Shown in pieces: positions 9,844-20,989 of a stretch of DNA of 64,000 bases. A program made the translations under genes and the position numbers. The stretch's first letter is position 1; the number at the start of each line of letters is the position of its first letter. The notes beneath the pieces were generated by a model. That model saw nothing but the letters and a program-made list of their open reading frames with translations, did not search any database and had not been told where the DNA came from. Origin of the DNA: Candidatus Cloacimonadales bacterium (GTDB taxonomy: Bacteria; Cloacimonadota; Cloacimonadia; Cloacimonadales; JAIOQZ01); contig OY762463.1 in assembly GCA_963665815.1 (NCBI GenBank), forward strand, positions 1,696,001 through 1,760,000, written 5' to 3'.

Positions 9844-11442
9844 TTAAATTATAGTATCCTTAAGATAATTTCTATCGTCTCGCTCAGGATAATCAATCAG
9901 ATAATGCAATCCTCTGGACTCTTTTCTCATCAAAGCAGAACGTATGATACAATTTGCGGTAATTGCTAGATTACGTGTTTCAATTACTTCCTTTCTAACT
10001 GCATTATGTTGATAGAAATTATTGATTTCCGTATAAATATTATGTATTCTGTTTGTAGCATATTTTAAAAGACGTCTTGAACGGATAATACCAACATATC
10101 CCTGCATAATAGATTTAATACTCTTTCTGTTGTGCGATATTACAATCCATTCATTTTCGTTGAATTCATCAAGCTCTTTCCATTCCGGTATGTCAGGAAA
10201 ATCAACTTCTTCAGTTATAGATGAATGTTTCGATGCTCTGAGAGACACTACCAGACCTTCGAGAAGTGAGTTCGAAGCAAGACGATTTGCTCCATGCAGT
10301 CCGACACAGGCAACCTCTCCTGAAGCAAACAGATTCTTCACATCTGTCATTCCTGAATCAGTAATTAATATCCCCCCGCAGAAATAATGGGCAGCAGGAA
10401 CTACAGGAATAGGATCCTTTGTAAAGTCTATACCTCTCTTCAGACACTTTTTATGTATATAAGGAAAATGATCAATAAGCTTTTCCTCCGGAATATGTGT
10501 AGCATCAAGGAGAACGTATTTATCATCTCTCTGCTTAAGCTCTCTGTCAATTGCCCTTGAAACAATATCTCTTGGAGCAAGAGAACCCATTTTATGGTAA
10601 TTTTCCATAAATGTTTCACCATTCTGTAGACGAAGAACAGCTCCTTCACCTCTTAATGCTTCTGTAATAAGAAATGTATTGTTTTCAGGAGAATAAAAAG
10701 CTGTCGGATGAAATTGAACAAATTCCATATTAACAAGTCTCGCCCCAGCAAGTTTAGCCATGGCAAAACCATCACCGGTAGCAATACTGGAATTTGTATT
10801 ATTATTGTATACCTGTCCCCCGCCACCTGTTGCCAACATTGTCTTCTTAGCGAGGAAAGAATCAATTTTACCTGTTTCAATATCCATAATATAAGCTCCC
10901 CAGCAATTAACACCGGAGACAAAGTTTTTCTGTTGTAAAACATGGTGTTGAGTTATCAGGTCAATAGCAAGATGGTTTTCAAATATCTGTATATTGTTAT
11001 TATTCTTACACTTTTCAATAAGAGAATTCATTATTTCCAGACCGGTGGAATCAGCAGCATACGCGACTCTGTTTCTGGAGTGTCCACCTTCTTTTGTAAG
11101 AGATAGATTTTCGATTGAGCTGTCAATAGCATCATTAGATCTGGTAAAGTTTGTGCCAAGTTCAAGAAGATACTCTACAGCAGCAGGTCCATCCTGTACA
11201 ATCGTGTTTATAACCTCTTTTTTCCCAAGGTAAACTCCGGCATTATAAGTGTCGGTAATATGCTCTATAAAAGAATCAGTTTTATCAAGAACGGCTGCTA
11301 TTCCTCCTTGAGCATAGGCTGTATTGCAGTCTTTAAGTTCTTTTTTTGTTACGACTGCCACTTTGCCGTGTTTTGCAACTTCCAGTGCAAATACAAGACC
11401 GGCTATACCGCTTCCTATAACAAGATAATCGAACTTTCTCAT
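9844..11442 (-). CDS. nadB: L-aspartate oxidase
   Basis: 'IGSGIAG', 'AYAQGGIAA', 'EGGHS', 'QFHPT', 'HGANRLASNSLLE', 'ESRGLHY'. Confidence 0.95.
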   Translation of the reverse strand: MRKFDYLVIGSGIAGLVFALEVAKHGKVAVVTKKELKDCNTAYAQGGIAAVLDKTDSFIEHITDTYNAGVYLGKKEVINTIVQDGPAAVEYLLELGTNFTRSNDAIDSSIENLSLTKEGGHSRNRVAYAADSTGLEIMNSLIEKCKNNNNIQIFENHLAIDLITQHHVLQQKNFVSGVNCWGAYIMDIETGKIDSFLAKKTMLATGGGGQVYNNNTNSSIATGDGFAMAKLAGARLVNMEFVQFHPTAFYSPENNTFLITEALRGEGAVLRLQNGETFMENYHKMGSLAPRDIVSRAIDRELKQRDDKYVLLDATHIPEEKLIDHFPYIHKKCLKRGIDFTKDPIPVVPAAHYFCGGILITDSGMTDVKNLFASGEVACVGLHGANRLASNSLLEGLVVSLRASKHSSITEEVDFPDIPEWKELDEFNENEWIVISHNRKSIKSIMQGYVGIIRSRRLLKYATNRIHNIYTEINNFYQHNAVRKEVIETRNLAITANCIIRSALMRKESRGLHYLIDYPERDDRNYLKDTII

Positions 11443-11912
11443 TGAAGCTCCTTATCAGAACCAAGATTGAGATGCATTATCAAAGCATTCTCAACCGGAT
11501 TATTATAATAATTTTTTCTTTTGCCAATTTCAATGAAGCCTAATTTTCTGTAAAGCTGTATCGCAGGTTTATTTGATTCCCTTACTTCCAGAAAATAGTT
11601 AAAGCAGTAATCCTTCAACATAATCTTTATTACTTCAAGCAGCAGAAATTCAGCCAGCCCTCTTCTTTGGTATGAAATGGCAATACCGACATTTGTAATC
11701 TGATACTCATCAAGTACTTTCCAGCCACATGTATAACCGACAATTCGTTTTTCAGAAACATCACATAGTACAAATGCTTTATGATTAAGTATTTCATGAA
11801 CAAACATCTCAATCGACCAGGGAGAAGTAAAAAGGTCATTCTCTATTTCAAGAATATCTTCGATATCTTCCAGATTCATAGATCTGATTTCAAAATTATC
11901 TGCTGAATTCAT
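11439..11912 (-). CDS. rimI: Ribosomal protein S18-alanine N-acetyltransferase
   Basis: 'LEVRESNKPAIQLYRKLGF...RKNYY...ENALIM'. Confidence 0.9.
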   Translation of the reverse strand: MNSADNFEIRSMNLEDIEDILEIENDLFTSPWSIEMFVHEILNHKAFVLCDVSEKRIVGYTCGWKVLDEYQITNVGIAISYQRRGLAEFLLLEVIKIMLKDYCFNYFLEVRESNKPAIQLYRKLGFIEIGKRKNYYNNPVENALIMHLNLGSDKELQ

Positions 11913-11913
11913 C

Positions 11914-13812
11914 TTAGTAAAACAGTTTCTGTCCGGGGTGAAGAATAATAATGGACTGCCCGTTTCTTTGTCTTCTGCTCAATGAATTCGTTTCAATCAA
12001 ATGAGCTTGTGATGTGTTCAGTTTTAGAGCAATACCGGATATTGTATCACCGGAAACAACAGTATATGTCTTTCTTTCAGAAGTTGATTTCTTAGCTGGG
12101 ATCTTGAGTTTCTGACCTGCATAGATTGTAGTTTTGTTAAGATTATTAGCATTCAGAAGTGCTTTAACAGTTACTCCATAACGTTTGGCAATTACTCCGA
12201 GAGATTCTCCTCGTTTGACAGTATGAGTAGTATGATATTCACCACTATTTGTTATGTTTGAACCAGAACTGCTTCCGGATGTTCCTGAACTGTCTGAACT
12301 TCCTTTAGAAACAATAAGCTTCTGACCTGGATATATTGTGTTTGAACTCATACCGTTGAGGTCTTTGAGAGTTCTCAGTGTAATTCCTGCTCTGGAAGCA
12401 ATACCGGACAATGTATCACCTTTCTTAACAATATATGTTTCCTGACCTTTGATAGGTGTTTTATTGGAATCGGATGATCCTGACCTTCCATAAAGCTTGA
12501 GTCTCTGTCCCGGAAAAATAACATTTGAACGTAATCCGTTAATGCTCTTTATCTTACTGACTGAAGTTCTGTATTTCCTGGAAATACTGTAAAGGCTCTC
12601 CCCTCTTCTGACTGTATGATATTGATAATAACCGCTGTTCTTTTTCATGAATTTCTTTTCTACAGATGAAACCTGATTAATATTTGGAACAGCATCAATT
12701 GGTAGAAGAATTTCATATGTTCCGGGAGGTAATATTACATCATTCAGAGGTGAATACCTGCTTCGTTTTCTTTTGTATATATTAATCCAGGGATTAAGCT
12801 CCCATACTTTACTCACATTTGTACCCTGATGTTTTGCCCACTCATCGATAGTATAATGTCCCTTAAGAGTCAGACTGACAAGCTTTGTTGTTTCATATAG
12901 GGATTCTTCACGCTTGAATTTCTTTCCGAAAATCTCTTCTTCATGTTCAAATATCATTTTTATGGCAACTGCACGCCATACATATTTGTTTGTTTCATCT
13001 ACTCTGAGAATCAAATCAAAGAAGCTTTTACCACCCTGTTTCTTCATCACCTTTGCAATTGATCCAGAGCCGGCATTATATGCACAGAAAGCAAGAAGCC
13101 AGTCATCAGAACCACGATCTGTCAGATATTTTCTCGCATTTATCAGATATTTTGCAGCAGCTTCAGTTGCAAGCAGAACGTTAGATCTTTCATCAATATG
13201 ACTGTTAATCCTTAATTTATATCCTTTTGCAGTTCCTGGCATAAACTGCCACATACCACCAGCTCCAACCCGTGATCTGGCAATTGCATTCAACCCGCTC
13301 TCTGCGATGGCAAGATACTTCACATCAAGAGGAACTCCATATTCTGCAAAAACTGAATCAAAAACAGGAAAATATTTACCACTTCTTGGGATATACCTAT
13401 ATGCTGCTTTTAACTCGTTCTTGAAGATTGTCTCAAACTTTTCCTGCAGTCTCTCGTTTTTCAGATTAAACTTTACTCCTGCAAATGTAATTGTATCCGG
13501 AATGATAAAGTCATCATTTACTGCAACACGATTATTGGATATCTCAAGTGCCTGCTGAAGAGAATCTACAACGTAGAACAATTCATCTATCTGAAGATAA
13601 AGAGAATCAATCTCCTGAGCCTGCCTGTTAATAATATTAATCAAAGTATCGGGATCAGTGCTCGCAGTATACTGTTCAGTATATACATCTTCTGTTACTT
13701 CTTTTCTCTTTTCGATCTTATTCTTTTTCTGTAGATATGTACAACCGGTTAAGTAAATACATATCAGGAAAATAATAGTCGCTTTTATTTTCATAAAATT
13801 ATCTGCCTTCAT
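11914..13812 (-). CDS. MltD-like lytic transglycosylase lipoprotein with four LysM domains
   Basis: Lipobox-like 'LTGC', SLT motifs 'AIAESG', 'GMWQFM', 'AYNAG'; four C-terminal LysM repeats ('HTVRRGESL', 'YIVKKGDTL', 'HTVKRGESL', 'YTVVSGDTI'); start may be 13794. Confidence 0.9.
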   Translation of the reverse strand: MKADNFMKIKATIIFLICIYLTGCTYLQKKNKIEKRKEVTEDVYTEQYTASTDPDTLINIINRQAQEIDSLYLQIDELFYVVDSLQQALEISNNRVAVNDDFIIPDTITFAGVKFNLKNERLQEKFETIFKNELKAAYRYIPRSGKYFPVFDSVFAEYGVPLDVKYLAIAESGLNAIARSRVGAGGMWQFMPGTAKGYKLRINSHIDERSNVLLATEAAAKYLINARKYLTDRGSDDWLLAFCAYNAGSGSIAKVMKKQGGKSFFDLILRVDETNKYVWRAVAIKMIFEHEEEIFGKKFKREESLYETTKLVSLTLKGHYTIDEWAKHQGTNVSKVWELNPWINIYKRKRSRYSPLNDVILPPGTYEILLPIDAVPNINQVSSVEKKFMKKNSGYYQYHTVRRGESLYSISRKYRTSVSKIKSINGLRSNVIFPGQRLKLYGRSGSSDSNKTPIKGQETYIVKKGDTLSGIASRAGITLRTLKDLNGMSSNTIYPGQKLIVSKGSSDSSGTSGSSSGSNITNSGEYHTTHTVKRGESLGVIAKRYGVTVKALLNANNLNKTTIYAGQKLKIPAKKSTSERKTYTVVSGDTISGIALKLNTSQAHLIETNSLSRRQRNGQSIIILHPGQKLFY

Positions 13813-14818
13813 ACATTGTTTTGTAATAATTCATATATTCACCGCTGACAATATCTTCTGTCCAGTCTTTATGCTGCACGTACCAGTCAATAGTCCTCTG
13901 AATTCCTTCCTCAAACCGTATATGAGGTGTCCAGCCTAATTCCCGCTGAATTTTACTGCTGTCAATGGCATATCTTCTGTCATGCCCCGGTCTGTCCTTC
14001 ACATAAGTTATCAGACTCTCCGGTTTGTTCAGCTTCTTAAGCAGCAGCTTTATAATGTTAATGTTTGCCCATTCATTATCAGAACCTACATTGTATATTC
14101 CCCCGGATTCACCCTTTTCAATAACGAGATCTATTGCACGGCAGTGATCTTCCACATGAATCCAGTCACGTACATTGAGACCATCACCATAAACCGGAAG
14201 CTCCTTGTCATGAAGTGCATTGTTAATCATTAACGGTATCAGCTTTTCAGGGAACTGATTCTCGCCGTAGTTATTTGAACATCTTGTAATACAAACATTC
14301 AGTCCGTATGTTTTATGAGCTGCTCTGACAAACATGTCCGCAGAAGCCTTACTAGCTGAATATGGACTGTTTGGCAGAAGGTTGGATGACTCTGTAAATT
14401 TACCTTCTGCACCAAGTGAACCATACACTTCATCAGTAGAAATCTGTATGAATTTTCTTACCTGATACTGCCTTGAAGCATCCAGTAGATTCTGTGTCCC
14501 CATAACATTAGTTCTCAGAAAAGCTCCCGAATCCATAATACTGCGATCTACATGTGATTCTGCGGCAAAATTAACAACGTGCGTCGGTCTGAAAGTTTCA
14601 AACACATCCTTAACATCTTTTACAACATCAATGCTGCCCTTAAAAAATGTATAATTTGGGTGGTTTGATACACTATCCAGATTCCTCAAGTTGCCTGCAT
14701 AAGTAAGCGAATCAAAATTTATAATTTTTGTATCGGAATGTCTGGTTAGAAAATATCGGATAAAGTTTGATCCGATAAAACCAGCACCTCCGGTTACCAG
14801 AAATATTTTTGCGTTCAT
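13799..14818 (-). CDS. rfbB: dTDP-glucose 4,6-dehydratase
   Basis: 'VTGGAGFIGSN', 'AAESHVDRSI', 'STDEVYG', 'PYSASK', 'DRPGHDRRYA'; ATG at 14818 follows a GAGG RBS. Confidence 0.95.
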   Translation of the reverse strand: MNAKIFLVTGGAGFIGSNFIRYFLTRHSDTKIINFDSLTYAGNLRNLDSVSNHPNYTFFKGSIDVVKDVKDVFETFRPTHVVNFAAESHVDRSIMDSGAFLRTNVMGTQNLLDASRQYQVRKFIQISTDEVYGSLGAEGKFTESSNLLPNSPYSASKASADMFVRAAHKTYGLNVCITRCSNNYGENQFPEKLIPLMINNALHDKELPVYGDGLNVRDWIHVEDHCRAIDLVIEKGESGGIYNVGSDNEWANINIIKLLLKKLNKPESLITYVKDRPGHDRRYAIDSSKIQRELGWTPHIRFEEGIQRTIDWYVQHKDWTEDIVSGEYMNYYKTMYEGR

Positions 14819-14844
14819 TGTGTACCTCAAAGTTTATCTTGAAT

Positions 14845-15001
14845 GAGATCTTTGCATAATGTGGGTAGTTGACTCGATTTTAGAATTCATCATACTCTGA
14901 CTCAAAATAAGCTTCCCTGAAAAATTTTCCAGATGAATTCAAAAATCTCATCGAATTGCTTTTACTAAATCTACTTGATTCTGCTATTATGCATAGTTCT
15001 C
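14845..15001 (-). mobile_element. MITE-like repeat family A, copy 1
   Basis: Ends gagatctttgcataat...attatgcatagttctc form inverted repeats; reverse complement aligns with the copies at 27966 and 56342 (core ttctaaaatcgagtcaactac). Confidence 0.8.
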
Positions 15002-15325
15002 TTAATATTTCAATATCTTCTTTTACATTGTCTTTTATGTAAATTTCACTTCGTACTTTTTGTCAACATTTTAATACATAATATTATCGGAATTCAATAA
15101 TTCCACATCAGTTACAAAATACAGTTTCAGTGCTGGTATTATGCTTTCTCCATGTGGCTGCTTTTAAATGCAAAGTCCCAATAAACGAAACTTAGTTTAC
15201 TGAGTTTTATGCTTGCCAATTTTATGTTTACAAATATTCTATATGTAAGAAAGATGCTTCAGAAAACTTGAAAAAGTGGAATGCTTAAAGCAAAATTAAA
15301 CTCATTCTGCAAAAAAATATTCTGA

Positions 15326-15448
15326 GAGAGCTATGCATAATAGCAGAATCAAGCAGCATTGGTTAAGAAATTTGATGAATCAAAATCGAATCAATTTGTT
15401 TTTCTGTGATACATGAGCGAAGGACTATTCAAATTATGCAAAGTTCTA
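15326..15448 (+). mobile_element. MITE-like repeat family A, copy 2 (internally rearranged)
   Basis: gagagctatgcataat...attatgcaaagttcta termini; first 29 nt match copy 1 at 28/29. Confidence 0.7.
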
Positions 15449-15466
15449 CATGATATGGAGAATTAA

Positions 15467-16375
15467 ATGTGGAAACCTGTTACTCTTGATGACAAAGATG
15501 TTATAGATTTATACCTGAAAGATAAAAATCTGGAAATTTCAGAGCTGACATTCACCAACCTTTACCTGTGGAATCAGGGACAATCATTCTCGTACAGAGT
15601 CATTGATGATTTTCTGGTCGTTAAATCTCTGGATATAAACGACAATTGTATGATTTTCCTTCCTGTTGGAAAAACAGCAGAGCAGAATGAATCTCCTGAA
15701 AAGCTCAGAAAAGTTATAGAAAAACTGATTGAAGAATGTGAAGATGAAAACTTCTTCTTCATCAGATCTCTCACAGATAAAATGAAATCAAGACTTGAGG
15801 TTGCGTTTCCTGAGGACTTCGAGTTCACTCCTACTCCGGAATATTCCGATTATGTATACGACGTTGAAAAACTGATAAATCTAAGCGGCAGGAAATTCCA
15901 TTCTAAGAAAAACCAGTTCAATAAATTTAAAAAACTTTATAAATTTGAGTACATTCCCTTAACCGTTGAAAATGCCCAGATCCTAATTGATTCTCAGTGT
16001 CAGTGGTTCAATCACAATAATGTGCTTGTGTACGCCGACCTTGAAATTGAGCGAAAAGGAATTATTCAAGTAATCAACAACATCGAGCATCTTGACGTAG
16101 ATGGTGCCTATATCACAATAGATAATAAAATTGCTGCATTCACCCTTGCTGAACAATTATCGGATGATACTGTTGTAATCCACATTGAGAAAGCAGTTGA
16201 TGATTTCCCGGGAGCATACCAGGCAATTAACAAGTTATATCTTGAAAACAGATGGTCAGATATGACATACGTGAATCGTGAGTGCGATTTGGGTATTGAA
16301 GGACTACGCAAAGCAAAAGAATCTTATAGACCTGTGTTTATGGTCGATAAATACAAGGCTGTCCTGAAAAAATAA
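15467..16375 (+). CDS. DUF2156 / aminoacyl-phosphatidylglycerol synthase C-terminal-like protein
   Basis: 'DYVY...L..LSGRKFHSKKN..NKF', 'HIEKA', 'YVNRECDLGIEGLRKAKESYRP'. Confidence 0.85.
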   Translation: MWKPVTLDDKDVIDLYLKDKNLEISELTFTNLYLWNQGQSFSYRVIDDFLVVKSLDINDNCMIFLPVGKTAEQNESPEKLRKVIEKLIEECEDENFFFIRSLTDKMKSRLEVAFPEDFEFTPTPEYSDYVYDVEKLINLSGRKFHSKKNQFNKFKKLYKFEYIPLTVENAQILIDSQCQWFNHNNVLVYADLEIERKGIIQVINNIEHLDVDGAYITIDNKIAAFTLAEQLSDDTVVIHIEKAVDDFPGAYQAINKLYLENRWSDMTYVNRECDLGIEGLRKAKESYRPVFMVDKYKAVLKK

Positions 16376-16421
16376 ACGACACACAACCAAGGCTGTATGT
16401 CGAACTTTTAATATCAAACTA

Positions 16422-17393
16422 TCAACTTTCTGATTTTATATGCTCTATTATATCCTGAATGTAGGAAAAAGCAATACAGGTCGTTGTATCTGCAGCACCG
16501 TAATATACTGCAATTCTTCCTGTTTCCGGATCATGCAGTGCAGCACATGGAAATACAACATTAGGAACATCTCCAACGCATTCATATTGTTTCTGAGGAG
16601 AAAGCAGATATGTATCTGATCTGGCAATTACTTTCCAAGGCTGTTCAAGATCTAGCAATGCCGCCCCCATACTATATACAAAGCCATTACAGGATGTAAG
16701 CACTCCATGGTACAAAAGCAGCCAGCCTTCCGATGTTTTTATCGGAACAGGACCGGCACCAATCTTAGTCCCCTGCCATGTTTCAGGTAATGTTCTCATT
16801 ACATGCCTGTGTTTTCCCCAAAAGCATAAATCCGGACTTTCACTGTAATATATGTCACCAAATGGAGTATGACCATTATCACTCGGGCGACTCAGCATTG
16901 CATAGTTCCCTTTTATCTTTTCAGGAAACATAACACCATTTCTATTGAATGGAAGAAAAGCATTTTCCTTTTGGTAATATGTCTTGAAATCAGTTGTTTC
17001 CGCAACACCAATTGTAGGTCCGTAATAACCATTACACCAGGTAACGATATATTTATCATCAATCTGAGTAACGCGGGGATCATATGCATAGTTGAACTCT
17101 TCATCAACAGGGCAGTCTTTGAATTCAATCCTGTCAGGTTCTATATTCCAGCTTAAGCCGTCTCTGCTGAATCCTGAATGAATCCTCATTCTGCGTGCCT
17201 TGTCATCACAGCGGAATACTCCTGCAAAACCATCTTTGTATGGAATGACCGCACTGTTAAAAATACTGTTTGTCGTTTCAAGATGATCACGCAGAATTAC
17301 CGGATTTGCAGAATATCTCCAGAATACATCCTTGCATCCTTCAGGTTTATCTTCCCATGGCATATTTTTTAATTCTTTTCCAAATATTTTCAT
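16422..17393 (-). CDS. GH130 family mannoside phosphorylase
   Basis: 'IFNSAV', 'YDPRV', 'FLPFNRNG', '[13 protein letters not shown]', 'KIGAGPVPI', 'GDVPNVVFP', 'YYGAADT'. Confidence 0.92.
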   Translation of the reverse strand: MKIFGKELKNMPWEDKPEGCKDVFWRYSANPVILRDHLETTNSIFNSAVIPYKDGFAGVFRCDDKARRMRIHSGFSRDGLSWNIEPDRIEFKDCPVDEEFNYAYDPRVTQIDDKYIVTWCNGYYGPTIGVAETTDFKTYYQKENAFLPFNRNGVMFPEKIKGNYAMLSRPSDNGHTPFGDIYYSESPDLCFWGKHRHVMRTLPETWQGTKIGAGPVPIKTSEGWLLLYHGVLTSCNGFVYSMGAALLDLEQPWKVIARSDTYLLSPQKQYECVGDVPNVVFPCAALHDPETGRIAVYYGAADTTTCIAFSYIQDIIEHIKSES

Positions 17394-17401
17394 AAATAAC
17401 C

Positions 17402-18382
17402 TCAAAGTTCCTTTATCATATCAAAATGTTTTTCAGTTAGAGATCCGTAATCAAAGAAACTGACAGACTGAGCTCCATAATCAACTGCATGTTTCACAGC
17501 CTGTTTCAGTTCATCAATACTGCTTTCAGGAATATAAAGTCCTGAGACAAATGGGAATTTATTTTTCAAGTCCCTGTTACATGCTCCGGCAGTTTCTATA
17601 AGCCAGTCAGGTTTTCTATTATAGAAAGCATAGTACTGCATAGGAAAAGCTATATCTATATTCCATTTATCCCAGTCCTGTCTGACCATTTCACGAGACA
17701 TTTCCGGCGTTGGAAATACTGCAGCAGTGACTTTCTTGCCCTTTTTGTGAATGATACCACACAAATAGTTCACAAGCTCCACAACTGAATCATATCTGTA
17801 TTGTACCCATTTCCCTTCATCAAAATTCTCATCCATATTGTAAATATCCAAGCCTGTGCGTTTCATAAACTCTTCTCGGCATGATTCGCAATAGCAGAAA
17901 TCATATTCAGGAAATACTCTGTCCTGCACAAGATTGTACTTTGGCTGAAGTCCTTCCGGTAATATCACATCAGGATATCTAATATAGTCCAGATGAACTG
18001 ACTCCACGTGTTCAACCTCACATATCCTGCAAACTTTATCCGCCAGATACTCTTTTACTTCCGGTTTAGAAGGACATATCCATTTATAGTAACCTACATA
18101 AGGTTGTTTCTCAAGACATGAAACTCCTTCACGATTCACGATATACCAGTCTGGATATTTATCAACGATTTCCTGATCATTACAATTGAGCATCCATGTC
18201 CAGGCATGGAATTTTATGCCTGCAGCATTATAGAGTTCTGATGCTTCCTTAATATACTTACCTTTATAGAAAACATTATTTATACCAGAATAGCCTAATC
18301 TTTCGATACTTACTCTGATCTTTTTCAGATAATCTTCATTATCTTCGTGCAGCCAGATCCATTTATCTTTCAATTTTTCCAT
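17402..18382 (-). CDS. Glycosyl hydrolase-like family 10 (GHL10-type) TIM-barrel protein
   Basis: 'FHAW', 'WICPS.PEV', 'HLDYIRYPD', 'CYCESC', 'VRQDW', 'FPMQY'. Confidence 0.75.
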   Translation of the reverse strand: MEKLKDKWIWLHEDNEDYLKKIRVSIERLGYSGINNVFYKGKYIKEASELYNAAGIKFHAWTWMLNCNDQEIVDKYPDWYIVNREGVSCLEKQPYVGYYKWICPSKPEVKEYLADKVCRICEVEHVESVHLDYIRYPDVILPEGLQPKYNLVQDRVFPEYDFCYCESCREEFMKRTGLDIYNMDENFDEGKWVQYRYDSVVELVNYLCGIIHKKGKKVTAAVFPTPEMSREMVRQDWDKWNIDIAFPMQYYAFYNRKPDWLIETAGACNRDLKNKFPFVSGLYIPESSIDELKQAVKHAVDYGAQSVSFFDYGSLTEKHFDMIKEL

Positions 18383-18384
18383 AA

Positions 18385-19431
18385 TTATTCTTTATCTCCG
18401 GTGCTTACTGACCAGATTCTTCCTTTATTGTTTACGTACCAGACTTTTCCGCCTTTTTCCAATCCATAAATGAAATTGTATTTGTCAGCTATCACAATAA
18501 TATCCTTGTTATAAGGCTTGAAATCTTTATTAAAATGACCATGCTTGGATTCGTATTCTTTCTGCATGTAATATAGTTTGAAAAGCTCAACTCTCAGCTC
18601 AGGTTCTTCCTCAAAAACCGGTTCAACTTTTTCACCGGCTGAAGCATGAGAAAACTGAACAACACCCCATCTCTCAGGATAATGCATGGCAATCAGCCCT
18701 TGAGGAGACCAGACCCAGTTATTTTCAGGAAGATTCTTCTTCTTCACATATTTACCATTTACTATATCATATTGCCAGTCAACTCTGGAAAAATTCACTT
18801 TCATAATCTCATTATCTTCAGGAAAACCGGAATGTCTTGCACACTCTTCCAGTGCATTCCAGGGAATAGCAATTTCCACTGTCCAGTACTTGTCTTTATC
18901 AGATGGATTGTTTAAAGTGCCTTCAATATGTACTGCTGTTTTCAAACCTGCAATATTCCAATGGTCAACAGCTTTTCCGTTATCCTTATATGCCTGAGTA
19001 AGCAAGAGATCCCAGGTTGTATTAAGAGCATTCATCTCCAGTTCATAGTAATTATGTGTATCGCAATCAGGATCAATAAATACTTCGAAGTCATCATCAT
19101 AGAAAATCACATTATCATGTTCATTCAAGAATCCTGCAATATGTGTTTCCTCAAGTTTAGCAGCAACATAAAAGTAGTCTTCATCCCACAGCATTTTAGC
19201 TCTTGTATGCTGAAACGGAGCAGGTTTCAGATCTCCTTCAATATCAACAAATCTATTGGTCCATGGTACATTCTCCCATGATTTTTCATCAGGGATACCA
19301 TCAATATTAATCGGTTTCAATGCTTTGTAGCAGATGTAATGTTCCGGAGCATATTCAATCTGTGGTGTTGGGAAGCTACAAAACAATATTGTTGCAATAA
19401 AACTAAATACTATTATGCAGAAAAATCTCAT
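18385..19431 (-). CDS. Exported CBM9-like (carbohydrate-binding family 9-like) protein
   Basis: Signal peptide; 'INIDG..DE.SW', 'KMLWD', 'DFEVFIDP', 'YYELEMNA', 'WTVEIAIPW', 'NWVWSPQG'. Confidence 0.8.
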   Translation of the reverse strand: MRFFCIIVFSFIATILFCSFPTPQIEYAPEHYICYKALKPINIDGIPDEKSWENVPWTNRFVDIEGDLKPAPFQHTRAKMLWDEDYFYVAAKLEETHIAGFLNEHDNVIFYDDDFEVFIDPDCDTHNYYELEMNALNTTWDLLLTQAYKDNGKAVDHWNIAGLKTAVHIEGTLNNPSDKDKYWTVEIAIPWNALEECARHSGFPEDNEIMKVNFSRVDWQYDIVNGKYVKKKNLPENNWVWSPQGLIAMHYPERWGVVQFSHASAGEKVEPVFEEEPELRVELFKLYYMQKEYESKHGHFNKDFKPYNKDIIVIADKYNFIYGLEKGGKVWYVNNKGRIWSVSTGDKE

Positions 19432-19699
19432 AAGTCTATCTCCAATGTATTGATTTCAAAAAAATAGATGATCGCTGAATCCTGTCAATAAGTGAAATAC
19501 ACATAAGAGACATTAATGTAGAAAACACTTTAGAAAAGCCTTGGATAGCAATAAAAGATTTACACAATTTTACTAATTTTAATTGACAAGATTGCTGAAA
19601 GGTTAAATTATATATTTGCTAAGGTTTATGTATTATAATCTTAAATCAACGCATTAAGCTGATGATTCAGTTATCACATTGAAAATTAAGGAGTTCAAT

Positions 19700-20284
19700 A
19701 TGACTGAAAATGTATCTAACTCTGGAGAGATTCTGTTAGTATTGATAATATTACTATTGAACACCGGGCTGGTTATATTTCTAATTACTAAGCTTGTTAA
19801 GGCTTTGAGAGAGCTTCAATCCTATAGAAGACAGATTACCGGACTTGAAACAAGCAATAAGAAAATATTTACTCAGCTTGCTTCCTTAAACGAATCTGTG
19901 AAAATGAGTGGAGGACAGGAAAGCTCGTTTGACGCTATGGAGCTCCAGTGCATTCTTGAATATGCCGAAAACTATCAGCAAGTATACACATACCTGAAAA
20001 AAGTTGCTGCATGCGTTGATTCTAATGTATTGGAAAACTTTGGAGAAACAGCTAAAGAAATCTATTACATGATAGACGAATGGAATAATAAGTCAGGTAA
20101 AGCTAAACTTGTTCTTAGTGATGAAATCCTGCAGATGCACAAGAAAATAATTGATGAAATGTATAATTTCGCAGATTCTCTTAAAGATGAGCAGGACGCT
20201 GAAGCAATCATTAACACATTCCAGAAAATACATGAATCCAAAAAAGCTATTGACTCTATGACAAGAGAGGCAATTCAAAATTAA
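19700..20284 (+). CDS. Hypothetical protein, N-terminal TM plus helical/coiled-coil region
   Basis: ORF with AAGGAG RBS before ATG 19700; hydrophobic N-terminal segment. Confidence 0.7.
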   Translation: MTENVSNSGEILLVLIILLLNTGLVIFLITKLVKALRELQSYRRQITGLETSNKKIFTQLASLNESVKMSGGQESSFDAMELQCILEYAENYQQVYTYLKKVAACVDSNVLENFGETAKEIYYMIDEWNNKSGKAKLVLSDEILQMHKKIIDEMYNFADSLKDEQDAEAIINTFQKIHESKKAIDSMTREAIQN

Positions 20285-20302
20285 TTTCAAGGACAATTTT
20301 TA

Positions 20303-20986
20303 ATGAAATACAAATTTCTTCTTTTCGATATGGACCAGACAATTTTCAATTACAAAAAAGGCAATGTAAGTGCTCTGGAAATAACATTCAATAAATTTGG
20401 TCTTAATTTTTCGCAACAAATTCTTGATGAATATCGTTCTATCAATAAAAAGTTATGGTCAGATTTCGAACTTAACAAAATATCCGGATTTGATCTGCGA
20501 TCAGCAAGGTTCAAAAAACTGTTTGAAAAACTGGAGATTGATGCTGATGCTGTAGAAGTATCATCAGAATATCTCAGGAATCTGTCGAATCAAAGAGAAT
20601 ACATGCCCGGAGCAGAAGAAATGCTTGAGAAAGTAAAATCAGATTTCAAGCTTGGAATTATTACTAATGGTTTTGCAGATGTACAATATCCTAGACTGGC
20701 AGGATCATCAATATCTGATTTGTTCGACAAAATATCTGTTTCAGAGGAATCCGGATATTCCAAACCTGATTCAGGTATATTTGACTATACTTTTAAGTTA
20801 TATGATATCGAAGATAAAAATGATGTCCTGATTATAGGTGACAACCTGCAGTCAGACATAAAAGGCGGAAATGACTATGGGATTGATACATGTTGGTATA
20901 ATCCCAAAGAACTCTTAAACGATTCCAATATTGCCCCAACCTTTGAGGTTCAGAATTGGAATCAGTTTTTAAAGGAAATTTACTGA
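20303..20986 (+). CDS. YjjG-family HAD nucleotidase
   Basis: 'LFDMDQT', 'IITNG', 'SKPD..IF', 'IGDNLQSDIKGG'. Confidence 0.88.
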   Translation: MKYKFLLFDMDQTIFNYKKGNVSALEITFNKFGLNFSQQILDEYRSINKKLWSDFELNKISGFDLRSARFKKLFEKLEIDADAVEVSSEYLRNLSNQREYMPGAEEMLEKVKSDFKLGIITNGFADVQYPRLAGSSISDLFDKISVSEESGYSKPDSGIFDYTFKLYDIEDKNDVLIIGDNLQSDIKGGNDYGIDTCWYNPKELLNDSNIAPTFEVQNWNQFLKEIY

Positions 20987-20989
20987 TTT

